From the NCBI GenBank assembly GCA_003344405.1, contig NOWV01000017.1, forward strand, positions 62,001 to 126,000: 64,000 bases of DNA, written 5' to 3'. The position numbers and the translations under genes were made by a program. Source of the stretch: Trichoplax sp. H2 (Eukaryota). Shown one piece after another: positions 1 to 13,299 of the stretch (its first letter is position 1; each line of letters begins with the position of its first letter). The notes below the pieces were generated by a model. The model was given only the letters and a program-made list of their open reading frames with translations, had not been told where the DNA came from and made no database searches.

Positions 1-108
1 AGGGATAAATTGGATATTTTTCCTCCTTTCGTTAACGTTGTTTAACACAAACTACGGTATTCCATCATTATACGAGATACAAGCATTATTACTCGCAATT
101 CAAAAAAT

Positions 109-3100
109 ATGGTAAGTTGAATCATTTTCTTTCCTTCTTTACGATTAACTATTGAAGTATTTCGATTGATTGGCTAGCTTACCGCAAATCTTATATCAAT
201 GTAGCTCAGTACAGTATGATGTTAAAGCCAATACAAATATGTTGCGTTGTCGATGACACAATTATACCTACAATTTTGACGATTCTGGACGTTTATGCAC
301 TAGATGAATCCATTAGATTATACTCTAAATTGTATTATTTTGACACGATTGTAAATCTAGTATGGCTAAAATGCCTTTATTTGCATCTAATGTATAAAAT
401 AGCGCTATAATTAATTTTTATACTAGCTATGAGAAGCATGAAATGTGAGTTTGCAGTCATGAAAAATTCAACTCGATTAGCATTATTCAATTAAAGCAAC
501 AGAAGCGGATTATTTTGACCGTTACAAAGTAAATATCTCGACGCATTGATATTATTTACTAGGTTTAAAGCATCGACGAATGCAGTATATCGGTTTCCTT
601 ACCTAAGATGAATATTTAACAATTACGTGTTATATTGATAGCCGCAAACAAGCCATTTTCTAAAAACTCATTTTTATGTCTATCTACAGTATCCATCGCA
701 CTCATCGCTGTCATCGATCATTGTCATTTTAACTAGATATTTACAGTACTCACTTTTTTATCAAGAGTATAGTGGATACGGTGAAGAACAATATGTGGTA
801 TGCTGTATCGATACTCTAGATAAAAATTGTTTTATGAATCAGCTCTGAATAAAATATTACCGATCGACGAATGATTGCGTTAAGCGTGTTAAAATATTAT
901 CGCATGTTTTTATTATCAACATTACTGATAAATATTAAGTTCAAGCAGTCTATTCCATCGCATCCATACAATCCCTATTTCATCGTACTTATACTATTTC
1001 TATTACAGCCTAATACAAGTATCATTCAAAATCCTTTTTATTTGTAACTTAATTTAATACCACACGCCTGCATGAAATGAATGTTTCGCCACTTACATAT
1101 TCTGGGAAGCTACGTAAATTTTACTTCTATTACAGTTTAACGTATCTATGGACTATAAATAAAAGTTAATTATGGCATACTTGAATGAATTGTTTCTTAT
1201 AGGCTTCTGATACCGGCTTAAATGAAATTCATCAACAAACAATTGTTAATTACTTACGATTTGCAAAATTCAAGCGTTCTCAGCAGTTACGTGCAGTAGA
1301 TGCTTGCGTAAACGATTTAAAAGATAGCAGGTATGATCTAATGAATTATAAGTACGAAAGAGTTCTACACCATTAACTATCCTGTAGGCCAAGATTAAAA
1401 TATATTACAATAAAATTTTTAACGATTGAAATACGATAGACTCAATGAAGATACCTATACCAACGATGAAGTCAGCGAAATTATGGATGAATTACGATCG
1501 GTTTTGAAAGGTGATGTTGAAACCGAACTCCTCAATGTATCTCATACCAACGCTCTACTACTACAACAACTCTTTCATCAAGCGGAAAAGTGGCACTTGA
1601 AATTACAGGCTGATATATCACAATTAGAAAACAGGTGCAGATAATTAACACTAAGATATCTGTGCGATTAATGCATTGCATAAGCCGGTTTTTATAAATC
1701 TATTTTAATAACTATGCTCATGACTAGAGAGCTTCTAGAAGAAATTGCTAGGTTTGAAGAGGAAGAAGCTGCTAGCAACATGTCCAAGCAGGTGATTAGG
1801 ATAAATAAGACTTTAAAATAAAAATAGCTAGAAAATAAACATTTTTACTGTTATGATGGCGGTATACTCGAATATTATCGCCTGTCTAGGGTATGTCTGG
1901 ATCATTATCAGGAAAGACCTCAAAGTTACAACCTTTAAATGAAGGTGGTGGAGCAGCTTTGCTGCATATGGTTAGATTTACGCATTTGTATAACTACTTA
2001 TTCTCTTTTCTTCGGTAAATTTTTATTGGGACATTCAATTCTCATAAAATGTGACTAACCTTCCTTCTAAAGGAGATTAGTCGATTAAAAGAAGAAAATG
2101 AAACGTTGAGGGGCCGATTTAAGATGCTTGAAGCTAAGGTATAAGATTATATCAGTAGCTTAGCCTCAATACTGTATTAGTTCTTTTATCGCTAAATTAA
2201 ACAAATTTTACTCATGTCACAAGGCGACAGATGCCATACGAGAGAAAGAAATGTTAAAGAAAAGCTTAGCTGAAACACAAAAGCAATTGGAAGCAACAAT
2301 AGATGACATTAAAGTTAGCAAACCTCAAAATTAATTTTGCACCATTGCCCGTTACAATTTTTTAACGAATATTTAATTATTCTGTCCTGGCCAGTCCGGT
2401 AAGGCTTCGGTGCAAATAATCAAAGATATGGAAAAGAAAATGGCTGAAATGAAAATTAACCTTGATGAGGTAGCTAAATGCTTTATTGTATTTCCTCGGC
2501 GTAAATAATTAGACACCAACATCTAGTATAACTAATTAACATTGGATAAGACTAGAAGGGTATAGCCTATTTCTGACATACAAAATTTCGTTATATTTTT
2601 ATTAGAATTCAAGCCAACTTGAGAAAGATAATGCAGCAGTTATGGGCGATCTTACAGAATCTAAGGTTAGTTAAGTTAAAGGTATAACTTTCCTAGCCTA
2701 CTTTATTAACAAGGAGTACAGTAAGCTATCATACCATTTTTACCTCATACCAATACCTACTTACATGAATAAGTTAAGTTCATTCTAATCTGAATGGTAC
2801 CTTATATTTTACCTTAGCATCAACTATTAGCTCTTCAAGCTGAGCTAGAACAAACGAAAAGTGTAAGTTAGCAAAGTAGTAAAATCTAAGATAAAATACC
2901 ATTTTATGTGATCTTGTTGTCTACCATTTCTTATTTACCAACATAGCATAAACAATCAATAACCATGCTATCTTAATGATCTCTTATAGGAATTAGAAAA
3001 GAAATTTGGCGAAACATCGCAGTATAACAATATGAAAAAGATGCTTACAAATAAAAATAATCAGATAAAAGAGCTTAGAAGTCGTCTCCGCAAGTAAGTT

Positions 3101-3241
3101 TGTGTGATAACACAACCATAATTGCAATATTCAAAGGCATAGTTCTGTTACATTGTTTTGGCTAATAATATTTCAATATTATTTGCTTTCTGTTTATAAC
3201 AATGGGTTATGGTCAATAGCTACGAGCCGGATACTGATTAG
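109..3241 (+). CDS. LZTFL1: Leucine zipper transcription factor-like 1 (BBSome regulator, BBS17); multi-exon
   Basis: ATG at 109-111 is followed directly by a gtaagt donor. Exon 2 from 1203 reads ASDTGLNEIHQQTIVNYLRFAKFKRSQQLRAVDACVNDLKDSR, exon 3 reads LNEDTYTNDEVSEI...TNALLLQQLFHQAEKWHLKLQADISQLENR, and the last exon ends YEPDTD* at 3241. These match recalled LZTFL1 motifs (GLNEHHQ..VINYMRFA, QAEKWYLKLQTDISELENR, C-terminal YEP). Confidence 0.93.
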
Positions 3242-5281
3242 AAGAAAATTTTTCTCGATATATTTTACGAATTGTTTTATGATTTACTCTTGAAATTGGA
3301 ATTGCTTAGTACTGCCGTTTCAGGTTATTTTTTGTTACGAATAATATCATTCTATGCTTGCGCCTAGTTATAAAATTATAAATTTTTAATTAACTTAGTA
3401 TATTTCCTTTAATCTTCCTAACATATATATATATATACTATATCTCGTTCGCTATCGAATAATACAATTAAACAGGAGATTGTCTTTTAACAGATTGGTA
3501 CAAATTACTATGTATAATCTTATTTGTGACTGATTCATCTTCAAGTCGACAATTAGAGTGATTACTTGACCTTTATTAATTCTAATTCTATAACTATACC
3601 TTGTTATTCCCGAAAGCTAATATGAGAAAGTTTACATGTGCTCTGCATCATTTATTGAAGTTGATTGATTATATAAATTAAAAATAAAGTCGTTAGGGCT
3701 ACATATCAACTTATTGTACATCTGTGGCTTCACTTTTCAGATGAACTTAATTGCAACTTATCAAAGCTTATCACCTAACCTAAAAGAGTAAAATTAAGGG
3801 TGTTGCTAATTGGTGATACTTATTAAATTATATTTATATCCAGTATTATCTTTATGGGAAGTAACAAAGTGCCAAGTTGCTATCTCAGATATAGAATTGC
3901 AATTTATCTTTTGATTACAACTGATTCAGTGTATTGAATTCCACCTCTCATCTCAGTTATCATGATTTGCGGAACTTTACGCATATTTGAACAATTTCTT
4001 ATATATAAATACACATATAGGCCTCTATTTGCAGTTTGACAAACACTTTCTTATCGTAAAAAAGATTTAGAAATTGGGTATTACTTTAGTTTTGATAATA
4101 AAGTAAAATTGATATCAGTAGCATTAATTATTAGCCAGGATCGCTAATTGTTTACGCAATCTAAACGTTGTAATGTGTTCTTGTAGTAGCTCAGATAGGA
4201 ATCTTAAAAAATTATGGAGACCGTCTTTATGATTTCTAAAGTAAAAGATGTTAGTAGACATAATACATGGTATTGGGTTAATGATATCCATGAGGGCTTG
4301 CTTCGTTCTGCTGAATACACAGCAACAATTTTTTGATCCATTAAACGTTTCATAGATAAAATAAATTTAAAAAATAATCTTGGGAGATAAAACTTGTAAA
4401 ACAGGGCTCCAAGCAAACGATAGATATTGTAATATCAAAGTTTATTAGTATGGTAGCAAAAGGAATCATCAAGTATTATAATCGATAAACAGTAGGACTA
4501 CTATTGAATGTACATCTGTCTTAAATATGATAAACATCACCTGGTATACTAATCATATAGCATACTTTTAACATTCCTTATATATTAATATATGAGCAAT
4601 AATGGCTTTGTACAGTATATGATATCGTATTACTATATTATGAAATTTGTGTGGTTAAATATAATCGTAAACACGATCGTAAATACGTTTTAATACGATA
4701 CTCAGTCGATAAATATGGATATGCCATACGAGTAAACGTCTATTTAATTATACTCAATAAATTTGGAATAAACATAATATACAATTTATAATTAGCTGTA
4801 ATTGCGGATAACGAATAAGCAAAATTTATAGCTGATATTATAGCATAGACTATAGCGATATATTACCAATTCAATACCATTATAATCATTTAAATACAAA
4901 AAGGTTAATTGTTATCTCTATCGTAACCCTATTTTCCGTCGCTAGGGTATGAAATAAAATACATAAGGTTTGTTGTCAAATATGATCTAAATAATTCTAT
5001 AATCAAACTTGCAATATAATTATAATGGTACGCTATGCCGCTGTATAGTCTATGACGGCATATAATAATAGAATCCTTGTATAGTGTATGCGACTATATA
5101 GCAATATTCTTTGGTCCATAGGTAAAACATACGTCAAAAGAAAAAGCAATTTATAGTAGTATGTTCATCCAACTAGTATATAAAGCGAATAAAATTATCC
5201 AACAGCTATAAAGAATATATTAATTGGCTACACTAATTATTATCATAGCAAGATAGATATTACTGTATACTTTTATGCTAA

Positions 5282-6715
5282 TTATAAATTTTGACAGATT
5301 GGAATAATTTTAGGATTATGTGGATGCTTCTTCATATACAAATCAACTATCCACTGCTGGAAATTACCACCACCAATAGTAATTAAGATGTCAGCATGAC
5401 TTAATATTTGCATTTCGACAATAGCCGTCGCTCCATTATCTCTTAATATAGCACGGTCATTTTTATCCACGAGACTAGCGTTGAAAACATGGGGCTGACT
5501 CAATTCAGCTATAGCCATATGGTATAATTCTTTCTTCTTTTCCAATTTTCTTTCCTGTTCATAATATTTATTATAAATAGTATCTGAACCAGAATCAGCA
5601 AGATCAGTGGATAAAAAGGAACGATCAATGTTATGTTGTTGACGTAGGTAAAATAAATTACGATTTAATACTTGCATACAACTTCGTAGATATCGTATTC
5701 CAGCTTGAGAAGTTTTACCAATTAATAAGCGTTCAATTCTTCCATGAACAGCAATATATCTTGGAGAGAGATAACGTTTGATATATGTCTTAGCAATACT
5801 GATCAATTTTTTATTATGTGGGAATAGCGATGGTTTAATGCGCTGATTGCGTGTCAAATTAAACAAAGCACGATTAGTACCAATCCCTTTCCACTGTACA
5901 AAACCAATACACTTTGTATCTTTTAGAACTTGTCTTTTAAATTTTTCAACTGATTGAAATTTAGTTGGATCAACACAGATATAACGTTTAATATTAAAAT
6001 CTCCTAGTTGTTGAGCAATATTAGCATTGGCAATAAATGGACAGAATGTCCAACCCTTTTTCGTTTTAGCTAGCCGATCTTTAACCTGTTGGAAAATTCT
6101 GTTATTAATTTTGTACCATTTCTTAGCATCTTTAGTATTGCCTTGAAAGATGAAATGGATTAAGACATCTAACGTTTTATTGCATCGACTAGTTAAGTAA
6201 TCATAGGATACCAAGGGTGAATAACCATGTTGTTGCAAGACTTGGTTAACACCTTTAAGATCGAAATAAAGTGACATATTAAAATAGCGAATATCATGCA
6301 ATTTTCGATTGCGACCGATGCCTTGTGGTACACCAGACATTCGTGAATGGTGGACATAAGGAATGACTGCACTACCGTCGAGTAAAGTAGCCAAGCTAGC
6401 TAAAGATATAAAGTTAGTTGTTGCCATTGCAAGTTGTTCAAAATAACGATAACTAAAAATAAGACGAACGCAATCTTGTGAATGTGGAGCAATGTGGTGT
6501 TGCTGTTGTTGTTGCTTTGGTGTTGTTGATTGGATAACATGTTGCAATTGGCAAGATAACATTTTATTCACGTTGTCGTTGTCGCATTCTAGACCTGTTG
6601 GCTCGATGTCAACGAAAATGGAGGAATTTAAATAGATGAAAACGACCCAAAGTGCTGTAGCTATTGTTGCGATGAATAATAGCAATGTAGCTACTTTCTT
6701 CATTCTAGTAGCCAT
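5282..6715 (-). CDS. GDP-fucose O-fucosyltransferase-family (O-FucT / GT-B) type II membrane protein, single coding exon
   Basis: 477-aa uninterrupted ORF with an N-terminal TM anchor (VATLLLFIATIATALWVVFIYL) and a stem containing poly-Q. Motifs YIAVHGRIE, FLSTD and AIVEMQILSHADILITIGGGNFQQWI resemble fucosyltransferase motifs I-III. Probable 5'-UTR intron at about 6719-6957. Confidence 0.75.
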   Translation of the reverse strand: MATRMKKVATLLLFIATIATALWVVFIYLNSSIFVDIEPTGLECDNDNVNKMLSCQLQHVIQSTTPKQQQQQHHIAPHSQDCVRLIFSYRYFEQLAMATTNFISLASLATLLDGSAVIPYVHHSRMSGVPQGIGRNRKLHDIRYFNMSLYFDLKGVNQVLQQHGYSPLVSYDYLTSRCNKTLDVLIHFIFQGNTKDAKKWYKINNRIFQQVKDRLAKTKKGWTFCPFIANANIAQQLGDFNIKRYICVDPTKFQSVEKFKRQVLKDTKCIGFVQWKGIGTNRALFNLTRNQRIKPSLFPHNKKLISIAKTYIKRYLSPRYIAVHGRIERLLIGKTSQAGIRYLRSCMQVLNRNLFYLRQQHNIDRSFLSTDLADSGSDTIYNKYYEQERKLEKKKELYHMAIAELSQPHVFNASLVDKNDRAILRDNGATAIVEMQILSHADILITIGGGNFQQWIVDLYMKKHPHNPKIIPICQNL

Positions 6716-8469
6716 CGTCTAAAAGTAGGAATGATTGCAACATCAATGTTAGAGTCAACTGCTAGGACCAACAGATAACTGTTAATTTATTATCACTTGG
6801 CTCATATGCTGTAAGTATAGGACGATAGCGTGGAGTAACAAAGTAAATTGTTTTCACACAGTTAAAACAACAATACCAATTTAATTTGACATCAAAATGA
6901 AATGACGTTTGTGTAGAGTTTTGTTTGAAAAATTTTTTTTTCTTCCACTTTTCTTACTTGGCTGGAAAATCGATGATGAAGGTATCGTCAATTTGTTGTC
7001 GTGGTCGAAAATGGATCAATACGCGTGAAAAGAATGATGAAGAAGGGGATGAGCGTTTTAATGAACTTGATCGATGGATCGCAAGTAGAAAATAACGTTT
7101 CATTATCCAAACATGCAAAGCCAGTATATCTTAATTTCTATCGTTTAAATGAATAATAGGTAGAGACAAGGCAGTTGTTGAATAGTTGTATTATTTCACT
7201 AGCATTAAACTGTAAATTATTAATTACTCTTTAAATGAGAATCATTAGGAACTAATTGACGTGGGTCATGATGGTCAACTAGAATAATCTTTTAATATCG
7301 ATCAAGTTGTATTATTTTCAAATGGACATTCCGTACCAAATACAAGGTAGAACTGACATAATAGACATTTCTCGATGACTGACTAGCAATGCTAGACAGT
7401 TTAAACTTCAATCACTTTTAAAGGGGTGGCAGTCCTCCGATCATCTAAGGTTGATTTCAACATTCACTCTCTCTCTCCAATGGGTTTGTGTTTGAAACTC
7501 AACGCTCTTCTACCAAGTATAGCGTATTCCTAGCATGGCTCTCCATGGAGTAAATGGCATATCGGTCTAGGATTGAGCTATTGTAAATTACAATCAGCTA
7601 TTATTGTCTTCATCTTTATTCATTTTTATTTTATTTGTTTTGTTTACATTTTTTTCTCTCCCTCCCTCCTCTCCCTCGTCTGTGGTCCAGTAGAGACCGT
7701 AATAAGAGAGAAAGGGTCCTAGGTCCAGCTCTCACCCCTTTCTTTTGTTTACAAGGTTGACACGATTGCATATTTCCTTATGGTACTATAGAGAAGGTAC
7801 TGACGCACAGCGGGGGTTCATCCGAGTACAGTCGTGCCGACGCTATTGTCCTCTTCTATTGTCTTCATTGCCTATAAAGAAAGTAAGGATGGACTTGACG
7901 ACGGATACTATGCTGAGGAATGTATTGTGTCACGCTATTGTGGAGGTCAATGGCACTAGTAACACCTAACCCATACAGCCATTGAATGCGATCCACTTGT
8001 ATTATACCATAAGTTGCAACTGCAAGTTCAGGATAATACTGGAGGAGTGTGCTGTAATGTACGTTTGGGGGGATGTGTTAACGGTATCCACCTGACCAGT
8101 GAGACCACCCACCCTTCCACTTCCATCGCTGTCAAGAATTTTTTTTTTTATTTTCTTCTTTCTTTACTTTCAACTCCACAATTATTCGATCTAGACAATA
8201 AAATCAATCAATCTACCCACTACATCAATTGTCCTCCAATTTTTGTTAGGATTATAGTTTGGTTCGTATTCTACACAATCGTTGTGAACTTTTTACCAAC
8301 AATACTTTTGGACTTGCAACACCGATCCATCATTCTACAATTGGAAGGCAATATCCAATCTTTGCCAAGTGACAGGTGTACACTGTATAGTACAGTACAG
8401 TACTGTTTTTCCCACCATCGATACTAGTCGACTACAGTACAATAACTGGACATTATCAATACAGTACAG

Positions 8470-8565
8470 TATTGACAATGCTGTTGGCTCATGTTAGTTT
8501 TTAGTCATGAAATATTGTATTGGCAATGTTGTTGGCTCATGTTTGTTTTTAGTCCTGAAATACTT
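8470..8565. repeat. Tandem duplication, 2 x ~48 bp
   Basis: attgacaatgctgttggctcatgttagtttttagtcatgaaata is followed by attggcaatgttgttggctcatgtttgtttttagtcctgaaata. Confidence 0.8.
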
Positions 8566-10546
8566 TACATTCTTGAGTTGGAGCCAAAAGAGAGGTATTG
8601 TACTGTACTGTACAGTATGCGCATACTTTTCAGTTATTACAAATTTACAATGGACAAAGACATGATGTCATGGGTACTGTACTACACTGTACGCTTGTAC
8701 AGACAGTACAGTACAGTACGCATGCATACCTTTCTAAACCTTGGTTAACCTTTGATACAGTGTCATAATAAATAAATGGAAAATGGATGCCTAATTTTGT
8801 ATAATAAGGATGTGAAATATCAAATGACTTTCCCAACACCCTCAACACAGTACAGTAAAAATCGATCATTTCACATACAGTATGCTTACTGTACTCTACG
8901 CTATGAATATTTTCACCGGCGCAGTTGGCGGGTTCAAAACTCGTAATAATAATAGAGACAAGTCTAACGTGAACTTCAATTCAATTTTCAAGTTTAAATT
9001 GAAATTTGATTTTTTATATACCCCAGCACACGTGAACATTTGGAACATGTGAACTATGCATTAGACAAAATGTAGAATGTACGTAGATAAGCCGTACAGT
9101 ACTGTATAATGCAAGCCACCAAGCTACAGACTGTTCAGTATACACAGTACCACAGTACAATCACAGCCAAACGGAGAGTGGATAGTCAGATTACTCAGAT
9201 AGATATTTTGAGGTGCAGTAATAGATTTACACGCTAAGTGCCGAAAGTCCGGCCGGATTGACACTGGCTAGTACCGTATAAAGTAGTTATGAAACTTACT
9301 ATAATACTGTACATTACACTACTGTACTCCTCCGAAGTATGGAAGAAAATACGTACAGTACATTGTTATCCTCGTTTTTCATTTCTTGAAGTTAATTAAT
9401 TAATAATCGATCGTTTCTCGTTGATAGTACTAAATTGTCAAGAAAAATGAAGAACTCATCTGAGCATATGAAAATAGATAGTCAACTGACACCTTTGTTG
9501 ATGACTACAAAGCTCATTTCATATTACAGTACTATTATGAGATAGTTCAATTTCTCCACTGAACATATTACATACTGTACTGTACAAGTCTACATATTCT
9601 CATTCGTTCTCATAGATCAGGCCGCAATTCACTGGGATACTCCTGCTATACAGTCACGACTTTGACGTGAAAGAGCAGAAACCCCTTTTACACTGGAATA
9701 GCTGGAAACTCTACTTCATACAGTGACGATTTTTATGCCAAAAGACCTCATTTTACACACGAATTCGAGCATTAAGTATCAGTACAGTGACAGGCTAAAT
9801 TTAACGTAATGAAAGAAGAACACAAAAAGTTCTGCAAAAAAGTACAGTACTACGTTTTAGGACGAATATACTGTACTGTACACTGCACACTGCACAGTAT
9901 TGTCTGATAGTTATTGTACGGCGGATATACTCTATACTAAAGCTGACAGCCTAATCTGATTATTGTTCCTCAATGAGACCAATTAAGCTCATCATATCTG
10001 AGATTTCCTGTAAAACTTGATAGGATATTATTAATGATCTATAGTTTGTAAGATCACGCTGGCTATTAAGTTAAAGGCAGTTAGCATGCACGATTATGGA
10101 CTCAGAGGATAAAACACTTTATCATTACATCATACCATTACATTATATAAGCGCTTGTTTGGACTGTATGGCATGTAGTATATTTACATTTACAAGAACG
10201 TCTAAAACAAACTTAATGCATTATAAAATTGCAGCAAGTTAGAAGCAAAAAGTCCCTTAAACCGAATGTAGACTATATCCAATATTAATTATACATTACA
10301 TCAGGTATAAAGTCATGCTAACGAGAGAATCGCAAATGTATAAATTTCTCTGTATTTACGGTACTTTAAAGTTCCAACAGACATTTCAGTTGTACTTTTC
10401 GTTCTGTTGATAACATAATTACAATTGCTCCACTATGTAAAAATAATTATACAGTGCTATCCAAAGCAAGCTTGTTACAGGCGTAAAATCGTATACAACA
10501 AGTTTTCAATATTAGTTGATCTACGGTACAGGAATTTCATATCATT

Positions 10547-13299
10547 TCAGAATTGCCATCCGCAGTCTTCATCTTGCCATCCGCAGTCTTCATCGATGCT
10601 ATCTCGTCTCTCTGATACTATGCCTATATCTGCTGAAAAATTTTATCACGGATGTGTGAGCAAAATTTATAAATATGCCCTATTATTACAAAGTTGAACA
10701 CGGGTATAATTATAAAATATTTTCATCTACAGTATTTAGTAAATTTATTAACAAAATAGAGGATCTACTGTACTGTATGGTCTTATCAGTTAGTAATCAC
10801 CTTCAGACACTTTAAATTCACTAATGGGCTTGGCTAAGTGTAGAAATTCCTGTAGGATATCTTCATTAGTTATTTTAATCTATAAATCAATAACAAATAA
10901 TGTCAGTTGCATCCCAAATAGCAAAAGTCCATTGTAGTACGAAGATTGTGTACTGCAGTATTGGCTACTGTAGGCAATACAATCGTATATAGCAGCTACT
11001 TCGTCATTACCCGCTTAAAGAATGGATGTGTTGCTAGCTGGACTGCCGACCATCTATGATATCCGAAATTTTTAAAAATTATTATAGTTATTCGATAGAG
11101 CGATAGTAAAGAAATATTACAAAATATTTTATGACACAAACTAACCTATCTGAGTCTGACTTGAAGCAGCTATCAAGGAGCTAATTTTTAGGAATTATGC
11201 ATTTAATTTAGAAATGGATTTGGTCTACTTCAAATGAATGAGTTATCCCATTCTTAAATCTATTAATACGATTACAAGAGGCGATATATTCATACCTGAT
11301 AGAAAGAGTTCGAAAATACTACATCCGTTGTGTTCTGAATAAAGCTGTGAATTCTAGCGTGGGAAATACCATTTAATTTTTCTAATAAAATCTTAGATAG
11401 TAATAAGATACTTGAGTAACATTTTATTTATTATTTAATGTAAAAATTGACACTTAATGTATTTGTCTAATTGTATCTACCTGAGTTACTGGCATATCAT
11501 CAAAGGGAATCCTACCATAGGCCAGTTCTACAGCAGTCATACCAAGACTATAAATATCAACTTTACAATTGTAGCCATGTATATCCTACAAGCAAGAAAT
11601 AAGCAAGATTCATCAAACTGATCAAGAATCTCCTTCCATATCCACAAGTCATTCTTCGCCTTTTAGTATCATAACAGTAATCAATTTATTACAATAAATA
11701 TCGACAAAAATCAAAGCATAGTAGAATCGTACATACTTGAGCAAGAAGTTCAGGAGCAGCCCATACAACGCTATCAGCTGCTCTTTCAATGAATTCATGA
11801 GCAACCCAGTCTTGTTTAAAGGTGGACTTCTTAGTAGCTTTATCCATTCCGCTTAAACATACGTTTCCATTAGCTGAGATTAAAATATTCTTACCTTTGA
11901 TATCCCTTTGTAAAATATATGAGCAGATAATAGCCTTTAATTTTCAGTAGTGAGCAACAGTAATCAACTTGTATTAAGTAGAGAAGCATAATGAAGTATG
12001 AAGCTTTCCTTATTAACCACGATATTATTAAGTACCTATGTGCATAACCGAGTTCGTGTAAATAGATTAGCGCGTTCAATACTGAGCGCAAGACATGCAT
12101 CAGTAATAATTCCTTTTGATTGGGTAGAATATCCATTGCAAATAGATTTACAGACGATCCTATAACAAACAAGATAAATATCTCATTACCAGATCTACAA
12201 GTATTGATGGATGGACCATTCTTGTAAAACAATTTTTGAAATAGTATTTCCGACAAAAATAAATTTAGCAGTCTTACCATATGAATAGTAAGGCATTGAT
12301 AACCAAGTTTCATTCCCAACGGTAGCAGCATCGTAATAGCAAATAATATTAGGATGTTTAAACGATCTGACAGCAGCAATTTCATTCTAATACCATAAAC
12401 AATTCAATATTTTATAATTTAGGTTGGGTACGAGTAGATTACGTTGTGATAATAGTCATGGTTAGGTGAAAGATAAGATAGTGGATGATGACTATTCACT
12501 GCACAAATGTTTATTAGAATTTGAACCGCTAAAGTGAGGTATAGCTATCCTTATACCCGTAAAATTTCAAGGTCCTTAATGCATTTATTTTCCAAATTGA
12601 TTCTCTTGATGGCTATCATATTGCCAGATTTGGAATCTTCAGCAGTCCAAACTGTCGTAGAATTATTGGAATTATCCTTGCCATCTTGAGAATAAGAGTA
12701 GTACGTACATCAATAGCTAGCACTAAATTACTGAAGTGTAAAAAATAACTATCTAATTAAGAATTGTTCTCATATATTAATCACATTATACTTCGTTGTA
12801 ATTTTCAGCATGTTTATAACTCATAGTATAACAGTAACCTGCGATCCAAAGTCAAGATGACTAGTAATTTAAAATTAACGACCATAATCTCTATTGAATG
12901 CGAATAATACTAACTTTACTGTTACAATTGGTGAATAACAGAGTTAACTCAAGTGACTGTTAACCACTACTGTTAACAGTCTATTATCAGTAAGCAATCA
13001 CATTAGAATAAATTCTATATTGGCTTTCTCGTCCAACATAAGTCGTAGTATTTAAATAAATATACCACATTAAAAGTCAGGATGCTATGATACGTTATAA
13101 GATCCATTTCTTAAAGAATATACAAGGTATTACTAGTGGTATAAGTTGGTCTAGTTGTGTACAGTATGTGTAGCCTACTGTGGACAATTCGTGATATCCG
13201 ATGAATTAGACCACAATATTATTCATGAGCGTTTACGCCTGTACAGAAGGATTACTTACCAATTCTTTCTAAGAATTTGTATCTCTTAGCATCAGTCAT
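10547..13299 (-). CDS. STRAD: STE20-related kinase adaptor (STRAD)-like pseudokinase; multi-exon
   Basis: Spliced translation: [135 protein letters not shown]..WQF*. The LSG replacing DFG, the PFxDMPxTQxLLEKLNG segment and the terminal WxF are STRAD hallmarks. The start codon is tentative. Confidence 0.88.

Noticed and set aside
7745-8869. Short ORFs of 74-137 aa in the intergenic region
   Set aside because: No recognisable domains or consistent splice structure. The Y/C/T/V-rich composition derives from the TACAGTA motif.
8914-8945. tRNA T-arm / B-box-like gcgggttcaaaactcgt
   Set aside because: No acceptor stem, D-arm or anticodon arm is recognisable around it.
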